Positions 1-5,100 of a stretch of DNA of 33,039 nucleotides are shown piece by piece. The notes below the pieces were generated by a model. The model saw nothing but the letters and a program-made list of their open reading frames with translations, was not told the origin of the DNA and did not search any database. Within the stretch, counting starts at the first letter, position 1, and each line of letters begins with the position of its first letter. The stretch is from an uncultured Paludibacteraceae bacterium. Its GTDB lineage: Bacteria; Bacteroidota; Bacteroidia; Bacteroidales; Paludibacteraceae. The DNA lies in contig CAZGVF010000005.1 in the NCBI GenBank assembly GCA_964528925.1, positions 1 to 33,039 of the forward strand, written 5' to 3'. The position numbers were made by a program, and so were the translations under genes.

Positions 1-82
1 TCAGTAAAATTACAACCGACAAAAATAGTAAAAAAAATGCCAATTCAAGCGGTTGCAGCGATTTTTTTTTCAACAGTGAAAG

Positions 83-115
83 AGGTTAGAGATGATAGTT
101 TATAGGTTAGAGTTG
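83..115. repeat. Direct repeat of aggttagag (83-91 and 104-112) in the spacer downstream of serS
   Basis: Read directly: aggttagagatgatagtttataggttagagttg. Related to the gttaga/gtgag unit family at 128-160 and 14567-14598. Confidence 0.7.
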
Positions 116-127
116 TATGCTCGCTAG

Positions 128-160
128 CACTCCTAACTTCTCACTCCTAATTCCTCACTT
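128..160. repeat. Tandem array, 14-nt unit made of two heptads (cactcct aacttct / cactcct aattcct / cactt), abutting the serS stop codon
   Basis: Read directly. Its reverse complement aagtgaggaattaggagtgagaagttaggagtg is the same unit family as 14567-14598. Confidence 0.85.
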
Positions 161-1438
161 TTATTTGATGATTTCGCAGCCCATGTACGGCACAAGCACT
201 TTCGGCACGCGAATGCCATCGGGTGTTTGGTTGTTTTCGAGAATGGTGGCTACAATGCGCGGCAGAGCCAAAGCCGAGCCGTTGAGCGTGTGGCAGAGTT
301 CGGTTTTGCCATCGGCAGTTTTGTAGCGACATTTCAGGCGGTTGGCTTGGTAAGTCTCGAAGTTCGATACGGAACTAACCTCGAGCCAGCGTTTTTGTGC
401 AGCCGAGAAGGTCTCGAAGTCGAAGCAGAGCGCAGCCGTGAAACTCATATCGCCACCGCAAAGGCGCAGAATGCGATAAGGCAACTCCAGTTTTTTGAGC
501 AGACCTTCGACATGGTCGAGCATCTCTTGGTGCGATTGTTCGCTGTGTTCTGGCGTGTCGATGCGCACAATCTCAATCTTCGAAAACTCGTGCAGACGGT
601 TCAATCCGCGCACATCTTTGCCATACGAGCCAGCCTCGCGACGGAAGCATTGCGTGTAGGCGCAATTTTTTATTGGCAGATCTTTTTCGTTCAGAATCAC
701 ATCGCGGTAGATGTTCGTAACAGGCACTTCGGCGGTCGGAATCAGATAGAGATCGTCCACCTCGGCGTGATACATTTGTCCCTCTTTATCAGGCAGTTGA
801 CCCGTTCCGTAGCCCGAAGCAGCGTTTACGACCGTTGGCGGCATTATCTCCAGATAGCCAGCGGCACGTGCCTCGTCGAGGAAGAAGTTGATGAGCGCAC
901 GTTGCAGACGCGCACCCCAACCTTTGTATACGGGGAAACCTGCGCCCGTAATCTTCACGCCAAGTTCAAAATCGATGAGATCGTATTTTTTTGCCAATTC
1001 CCAGTGTGGCAGTGGCTCGAAACCTTCGAATGTTGGGATTTCACCGCCCATTTTTTCAACCACATTGTCCTCGGCTGTAGTGCCTTCGGGAACGCTCTCT
1101 TTTGGCAGATTCGGTATTTGAAGCAGCAGATTGCGCATGGCAACCTCTTTTTCGTCCATTAATGCTGAGAGGCGTTTTGTCTCCTCTTTCAGTGCGGCAA
1201 CTTCGACTTTGGCTTGGTCGGCTTCGGCTTTTTTGCCCTGTTGCATCAGACCGCCAATCGACTTCGACAGCTGATTGCATTGTGCCAATTTGGCGTCCAA
1301 TTCCTTTTGTGCAGCGCGACGATCGGCATCGTTGGCTAGCACTTGGTCAATCATTTCGGCGGCTGGTGCGAAATGCTTTTTACCCAGACGACGAACCACT
1401 TCGTCGCGGTGTCCAATGATTTGTTTGAGTGTAAGCAT
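161..1438 (-). CDS. serS: Seryl-tRNA synthetase
   Basis: 425-aa ORF with ATG at 1436-1438. N-terminal coiled-coil tRNA-binding arm, then class II aaRS core motifs (FRREAGSYGKDVRGLNRLHEF, GSALALPR), as in bacterial SerRS. Confidence 0.96.
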   Translation of the reverse strand: MLTLKQIIGHRDEVVRRLGKKHFAPAAEMIDQVLANDADRRAAQKELDAKLAQCNQLSKSIGGLMQQGKKAEADQAKVEVAALKEETKRLSALMDEKEVAMRNLLLQIPNLPKESVPEGTTAEDNVVEKMGGEIPTFEGFEPLPHWELAKKYDLIDFELGVKITGAGFPVYKGWGARLQRALINFFLDEARAAGYLEIMPPTVVNAASGYGTGQLPDKEGQMYHAEVDDLYLIPTAEVPVTNIYRDVILNEKDLPIKNCAYTQCFRREAGSYGKDVRGLNRLHEFSKIEIVRIDTPEHSEQSHQEMLDHVEGLLKKLELPYRILRLCGGDMSFTAALCFDFETFSAAQKRWLEVSSVSNFETYQANRLKCRYKTADGKTELCHTLNGSALALPRIVATILENNQTPDGIRVPKVLVPYMGCEIIK

Positions 1439-1476
1439 ATTATTTTTTGATAAAAATTTCTCTAGTTTTCAAACTG

Positions 1477-1507
1477 CAAAATTATAAATTTTATTTCAGA
1501 TTTCAAA
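1477..1507 (-). promoter_or_regulatory. Candidate Bacteroidota sigma-A promoter for serS
   Basis: Minus-strand TAATTTTG (rc of caaaatta, 1477-1484) fits the -7 consensus TAnnTTTG. Minus-strand TTTG (rc of caaa, 1504-1507) lies 19 nt upstream, which is the -33 spacing. The -7 box is 39 nt upstream of the serS ATG. Confidence 0.6.
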
Positions 1508-1524
1508 TTTCAGATTTCAGATTG
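1494..1524. repeat. Heptad tandem array tttcaga/tttcaaa x4
   Basis: Read directly: tttcagatttcaaatttcagatttcagattg. It is the reverse complement of the gaaatct/gaaattt family seen at 16323-16355 and 17572-17610. Confidence 0.85.
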
Positions 1525-1563
1525 TGCAAACGTGAAAAATGTGCGCTTTACCAAAAGTCTTTT

Positions 1564-1615
1564 GTCTTTATTCTTTTGTCTTTGCTCTTTACTCTTTATT
1601 CTTTACTCTTTACTC
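1564..1615. repeat. Heptad tandem array ctttact/ctttatt/cttttgt x7, running across the ttcA stop codon
   Basis: Read directly: gtctttattcttttgtctttgctctttactctttattctttactctttactc. The ttcA stop codon (1603-1605) and its last codons lie inside the array. Confidence 0.85.
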
Positions 1616-2334
1616 AACTTCTTCGGCAGATATTGCGTCTGCACGTGCATCATGCTGTTCCAGAGCGACGAGGCGGCGTTGGGGTTTAGTCGTTCCATCT
1701 GTTCGAGCAGGCGGCGCACATCGCTGCGGTGCGATTCGTGTTCGTAAGGACAATTTTTTACCTGTTTGTGATAGCCACGCTCTTCGGCCAAGCGTTGCAA
1801 TTCTGCTTCGCGCACATCGGCCAGTGGGCGAATTATGGTCATGTCGAACTTGTCCATGCGCAGCAGCGGCGGCATTGAACCGAATGCGCCCTGAAAAATC
1901 TGGTTCATGAGCAACGTCTCGAGCATGTCGTCGCGGTGGTGGCCAAGGGCTATTTTGTTGCAACCCAGCTCTTCGGCAAGCGAAAAAAGTGCTTTGCGCC
2001 TGTGCCACGAGCAGAGAAAACAGTGCGACTGCCGCTCGTCGGTCGAGGCATCGAAATGCGTGGTTCGATGCACAAACTGCACATCGTGGGCGGCGCAAAA
2101 CTGCTCAAGATAAGCCAAATCGGACTGATATGGCACATTATCCACCGCAATGTGCGCTGCCACCACGCTGAAGCGCGGACGGTAGATTTTTGCTCGCTCG
2201 CCAAGAAACTCGACCAGCGCCAACGAATCTTTTCCGCCCGAAAGGCCAATGAGAATGCGGTCGCCATCGGCAATGAGGCCGTAGTGCTTGAGCGCAGCGT
2301 TCACCTTGCGCTGAATGGTATCGAATCGTGTCAT
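1603..2334 (-). CDS. ttcA: PP-loop ATPase, tRNA 2-thiocytidine(32) synthetase TtcA family
   Basis: Has the PP-loop SGGKDS, a CxxC pair (CFLCSW) and a distal NCPY cysteine, as in Fe-S TtcA-type tRNA thiolases. The ORF-track start at 2376 is a TTG. The first ATG (2332-2334) gives MTRFDTIQRKV..., which aligns better with the family N-terminus. Confidence 0.85.
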   Translation of the reverse strand: MTRFDTIQRKVNAALKHYGLIADGDRILIGLSGGKDSLALVEFLGERAKIYRPRFSVVAAHIAVDNVPYQSDLAYLEQFCAAHDVQFVHRTTHFDASTDERQSHCFLCSWHRRKALFSLAEELGCNKIALGHHRDDMLETLLMNQIFQGAFGSMPPLLRMDKFDMTIIRPLADVREAELQRLAEERGYHKQVKNCPYEHESHRSDVRRLLEQMERLNPNAASSLWNSMMHVQTQYLPKKLSKE

Positions 2335-2400
2335 TTGGTTTCTAGGTTTCTGAGTTTGTAGAAATTGCTTGCGCAATTTCTGTTCTGTTGTTGAACCAAA

Positions 2401-2437
2401 TTGTAGGGTCGCGGCATGCCGCGTCCGTGTTCTACAA
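2401..2437 (-). repeat. GC-rich palindromic intergenic element, copy A (GGACGC..GCG(A)CC-CTAC on the minus strand)
   Basis: Sequence ttgtagggtcgcggcatgccgcgtccgtgttctacaa. The inner palindrome is cgcggcatgccgcg and the outer arms are ttgtag/ctacaa. The minus-strand reading ...GGACGCGGCATGCCGCGACCCTACAATTTGG matches copies at 17538-17578 and 32926-32948. Confidence 0.7.
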
Positions 2438-2455
2438 TCGCATTTCGTAGTGTCG

Positions 2456-2498
2456 AAAAAAAAAGTTCGAAAAACCGAGGTTTTCCGAACCTTTTTTT
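2456..2498 (-). terminator. Intrinsic terminator of the rpsF-rpsR-rplI operon (potentially bidirectional)
   Basis: Stem gttcgaaaaacc / ggttttccgaac (2465-2490) has 11 bp plus one A-C mismatch. It is flanked by A9 (2456-2464), which is the U-tract on the minus transcript, and by T7 (2492-2498) on the plus side. It lies 25 nt past the rplI stop. Confidence 0.75.
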
Positions 2499-2514
2499 AT
2501 TGTGTGCAAAGAAA

Positions 2515-2958
2515 TTATTCTGCAACTACTTCGAGGGTTACTTCGGCAGTTACATCGCGGTGGAGTTTAACCACGGCTTTGTATGTGCCAACCTCTTTGA
2601 TGGCGTCTTTGATTACGATGGTCTTGCGATCGATTTCGTAGCCAAGTTTTGCCAACTCTTCTGCCACTTGAATGCTGTTTACCGAGCCAAAAATTGTTCC
2701 CGTAGAACTTGTTTTTGCACCGATAGTCAGCGTCAAGCCATTGATCTTAGCAGCCAGTGCTTCGGCATCGGCTTTGATTTTTGCCAGTTTGTGGGCGCGT
2801 TGTTTTTGGTTTTCGGCCAAAACTTTGCGTGCCGATTCGCTAGCGATTACGGCTTTGCCCGTAGGAATCAGGTAGTTACGACCGTAGCCGTCTTTCACTG
2901 TAACGATATCGTCTTTGTAGCCAAGGTTGGTTACATCTTCTTTCAGTATCACTTGCAT
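2515..2958 (-). CDS. rplI: 50S ribosomal protein L9
   Basis: 147 aa. The N-terminus [36 protein letters not shown] is the canonical bL9 signature. It is the last gene of the S6-S18-L9 operon. Confidence 0.97.
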   Translation of the reverse strand: MQVILKEDVTNLGYKDDIVTVKDGYGRNYLIPTGKAVIASESARKVLAENQKQRAHKLAKIKADAEALAAKINGLTLTIGAKTSSTGTIFGSVNSIQVAEELAKLGYEIDRKTIVIKDAIKEVGTYKAVVKLHRDVTAEVTLEVVAE

Positions 2959-2974
2959 GGTTCGTTCCTCCTAA

Positions 2975-3241
2975 TTATTTCATCAAATCGGTTACGTATG
3001 GGAGCAATGCCAAGTGACGAGCGCGTTTTACGGCTTGGGCCACTTTGCGTTGGTACTTGAGCGATGTGCCAGTGAGGCGGCGTGGCAGGATTTTGCCCTG
3101 TTCGTTCAAGAATTTTTTCAGGAACTCAGGATCCTTGTAGTCGATGTATTTGATGCCGCTCTTTTTGAAACGGCAGTATTTCTTCTTCTTGTTATCAACT
3201 GCCACGGGAGTCAGGTAACGGATGTCTGTGTTGTTTGCCAT
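2975..3241 (-). CDS. rpsR: 30S ribosomal protein S18
   Basis: 88 aa. [18 protein letters not shown]...[32 protein letters not shown] is typical bS18. Confidence 0.97.
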   Translation of the reverse strand: MANNTDIRYLTPVAVDNKKKKYCRFKKSGIKYIDYKDPEFLKKFLNEQGKILPRRLTGTSLKYQRKVAQAVKRARHLALLPYVTDLMK

Positions 3242-3246
3242 AGCGT

Positions 3247-3600
3247 TTATTTCTCCTCTTGTTGTTGGTTCGACGTTTTGTTAATGCGTTTTTGTGCATA
3301 TTCCAATGCATACTTATCGAGACGGAATGTCAGGAAGCGCAGCACGCGTTCGTCGCGGCGGAATTGCGTTTCGAGGCCTGCTACCAGCGAAGGCTCGCCT
3401 TTGAATTGCAGCAAGGCATAAAAACCGGTCGATTTCTTTTGAATGGGGTAGGCCAATTTGCGCAATCCCCACAACTCCTCGTTCTCAATTTCGGCGCCGC
3501 TCTCGACGAGGAAATTTTTGAACTTCTCTACTGCTTCCTTCATCTGTGCGTCAGACAAAACGGGAGTCAAAATGAAAGCAGTTTCATAATGGTTCATCAT
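3247..3600 (-). CDS. rpsF: 30S ribosomal protein S6
   Basis: 117 aa. M(M)[11 protein letters not shown]..., with an acidic/Q-rich C-terminus. It is the first gene of the S6-S18-L9 operon. There are two adjacent ATGs (3600 and 3597). Confidence 0.96.
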   Translation of the reverse strand: MMNHYETAFILTPVLSDAQMKEAVEKFKNFLVESGAEIENEELWGLRKLAYPIQKKSTGFYALLQFKGEPSLVAGLETQFRRDERVLRFLTFRLDKYALEYAQKRINKTSNQQQEEK

Positions 3601-3663
3601 ACAGATAAAACTTTTGGTTTGAAATAAAAATTATTTTCGCTCTGCATCTTGCAAAAGCGACTG

Positions 3664-3694
3664 CAAAGGTACACTTTTTTTCTGAACCGACAAA
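3664..3694 (-). promoter_or_regulatory. Bacteroidota sigma-A promoter for rpsF-rpsR-rplI
   Basis: The minus strand has TACCTTTG (rc of 3664-3671), which fits TAnnTTTG. It also has TTTG (rc of 3691-3694) 19 nt upstream. The promoter is about 60 nt upstream of the rpsF ATG. Confidence 0.65.
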
Positions 3695-3712
3695 CGATTT
3701 CTTGAAAATTTT

Positions 3713-3746
3713 TTAATTATTCAATTTCCAATTATCCAATTATCCC
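3713..3746. repeat. Octad/heptad tandem array (t)caatttc/ccaattat x4
   Basis: Read directly: ttaattattcaatttccaattatccaattatccc. Confidence 0.8.
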
Positions 3747-3789
3747 GAAATTATGGGCATTTGGTAAAAAAATAGTTTCGCTGCCAACT

Positions 3790-3821
3790 GGAAATTAGAA
3801 ATCTAGAAACCAGAAATCTTG
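3790..3821. repeat. Tandem array gaaatta/gaaatcta/gaaacca/gaaatctt, ending 3 nt from the stop of the 91-aa ORF
   Basis: Read directly: ggaaattagaaatctagaaaccagaaatcttg. Confidence 0.8.
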
Positions 3822-3824
3822 TAA

Positions 3825-4100
3825 TTAATTTGTGAGCAACTGCTGAATTTTCTCTGCATCGGAACGCGAAAATCCGTTCGCTACGGTTATTTGTCCGCCA
3901 TTTGTTTCGATGACGATGTCGGCAAAGAGCAGACCCGCTTTGAGCGACACGCTGCCAATGTTGCTGCGCTGAATAATGGTGGTGTTGTAGCCAATGAGGC
4001 GCGCTTTGTAGAATGTTACTCGCTCGTCGTCTATCTCCAATTTATCTGGGAAAACAACATTGCCACCGGTAATGCGGCTGGCTGAAAATTTGTAGGTCAT
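3825..4100 (-). CDS. Hypothetical small protein, bacterial PH-like (bPH) fold suspected
   Basis: 91-aa ORF with ATG at 4098-4100, only 16 nt downstream of the preceding co-oriented gene. It has no signal peptide. The beta-rich pattern (VTFYKARLIG..SNIGSVSL..ADIVIETNGG) resembles bPH domains. This is a family call from memory only. Confidence 0.6.
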   Translation of the reverse strand: MTYKFSASRITGGNVVFPDKLEIDDERVTFYKARLIGYNTTIIQRSNIGSVSLKAGLLFADIVIETNGGQITVANGFSRSDAEKIQQLLTN

Positions 4101-4116
4101 GTTTTGTGTTGTTTGA

Positions 4117-4779
4117 TTATTTTTTCACTGGTCGAATGGCGTAGCCGAGGTAGCGCGCGCTGGTGAAAAGGCTCACTTGGCGCGAACTGAAACCTGCATG
4201 CCAAGCGTTGTAGGGATTGCCTTCGCTCAGTGCGTTGGTCCAATAGTTGCCATATTTGTCGGTCGAGAGCGAGAGCTTGTCGTCGCGGTAGCCCGTGGTT
4301 GGCAGAAAAATGTAACTGTCGGGGTCGTCTTTGCTAGTTACAATGTATCCCGAAACGCCTTTGCCCTCGTAGTCGGTGGTCCAAGTCCAGTAGCATTCGT
4401 CGATGAGTTCTTGCCAATCTTCTTTGGTTGGCATGCACCATTCGCTGCCCCATGCGCGTGTGGCGGCATCGTCGGTTGGCTGCAGTGTGCTTAGGCTGTC
4501 GGCCGTGCGGTTGCGTCCGCTGGTGATGTCGGTGCAGTATTTCTCGATGGCGTTGATTTCGCCATGTACGTAGTTGCCCCAAGTGTAGCGCTCTTTGGTG
4601 TCGATTTCGCCCCAAGCAAAAAGGCTGCCGACTTCTTCGGGTGCATTGGCGCCAACATTGAAGGTTGCCCAGAGTTTACCGCTTGTAAGATCGAGTTGCA
4701 TATAATCTGGTGTGGCAGTTTGTGCATTGACCAGCAGTGTGGCGGCGCACAAGGCGATGAGGAGTGTGATTCGGTTCAT
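4117..4779 (-). CDS. Secreted FISUMP (TIGR02145)/DUF1566-type lectin-like domain protein
   Basis: 220 aa with signal peptide MNRITLLIALCAATLLVNAQ. The W/Y/G-rich pattern (FAWGE, WCMPTKEDWQEL, YIFLPTTGYR, YWTNAL, GYAIRPV) is typical of the Fibrobacter-succinogenes-major-paralogous / DUF1566 family. Confidence 0.75.
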   Translation of the reverse strand: MNRITLLIALCAATLLVNAQTATPDYMQLDLTSGKLWATFNVGANAPEEVGSLFAWGEIDTKERYTWGNYVHGEINAIEKYCTDITSGRNRTADSLSTLQPTDDAATRAWGSEWCMPTKEDWQELIDECYWTWTTDYEGKGVSGYIVTSKDDPDSYIFLPTTGYRDDKLSLSTDKYGNYWTNALSEGNPYNAWHAGFSSRQVSLFTSARYLGYAIRPVKK

Positions 4780-4783
4780 AGTG

Positions 4784-4807
4784 GAGATTTCAGATTTTTA
4801 GATTTGG
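4784..4807. repeat. Tandem array agatttc/agattttt/agatttgg in the 5' UTR, 4 nt from the start codon at 4779
   Basis: Read directly: gagatttcagatttttagatttgg. The minus strand reads ccaaatctaaaaatctgaaatctc-cact-ATG. Confidence 0.8.
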
Positions 4808-4842
4808 TGTCTAGAACTTTTCTGCAAAGTTTTGTGGTAACC

Positions 4843-4866
4843 AACCCCGCAATGAATTACGGGGTT
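4843..4866. other. Stem-loop aaccccg-N10-cggggtt in the divergent spacer
   Basis: Perfect 7-bp GC-rich stem (4843-4849 / 4860-4866) with a 10-nt loop and no flanking T-tract. Confidence 0.5.
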
Positions 4867-4891
4867 ATTGAGCGGTTTCCAAAGCAGGTTG

Positions 4892-4899
4892 CAAAATTA
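4892..4899 (-). promoter_or_regulatory. Candidate -7 box (TAATTTTG) for the FISUMP/PH-like gene pair
   Basis: The rc of caaaatta is an exact TAnnTTTG match, 113 nt upstream of the ATG at 4779. There is no clear -33 TTTG. Confidence 0.4.
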
Positions 4900-4930
4900 T
4901 CAATTGTCAATTATCAATTATCAATTTAAT
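4893..4930. repeat. Heptad tandem array tatcaat/tgtcaat x4
   Basis: Read directly: aaaattatcaattgtcaattatcaattatcaatttaat. Confidence 0.85.
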
Positions 4931-4937
4931 GAGCGGT

Positions 4938-4955
4938 TGCGCTTGTCGAAGCGCA
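4938..4955. other. Stem-loop tgcgctt-gtcg-aagcgca
   Basis: Perfect 7-bp stem with a 4-nt loop. It is followed by the heptad repeat cttgcga cttgcga ctg at 4980-4996. Confidence 0.5.
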
Positions 4956-5058
4956 GTAACCAAGTCTTGCTACTTGTATCTTGCGACTTGCGACTGACAA
5001 CCATTCGGCAAAATTACGAAAAAATATTGAACCTGCATCATCGAAAAAGAAAAATTTG

Positions 5059-5066
5059 TATTTTTG
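5059..5066 (+). promoter_or_regulatory. Candidate -7 box (TATTTTTG) for the REC-ATP-grasp gene
   Basis: Exact TAnnTTTG match 35 nt upstream of the ATG at 5101. No clear -33 box. Confidence 0.45.
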
Positions 5067-5100
5067 CACAAATAGTCCCGACAAAATCATCTGAAAGAAA

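Noticed and set aside
1-160. Partial gene or terminator at the left edge downstream of serS.
   Set aside because: No ORF of useful length reaches the edge. The T9 run at 62-70 is not preceded by a convincing stem, because gcggttgcagcg is not self-complementary.
4117-4779. Lectin-fold FISUMP/DUF1566 protein, considered as the variable target of a diversity-generating retroelement.
   Set aside because: There is no reverse transcriptase ORF in the window. There is also no template-repeat copy of the gene's 3' end in the neighbouring spacers (3601-3824, 4780-5100).
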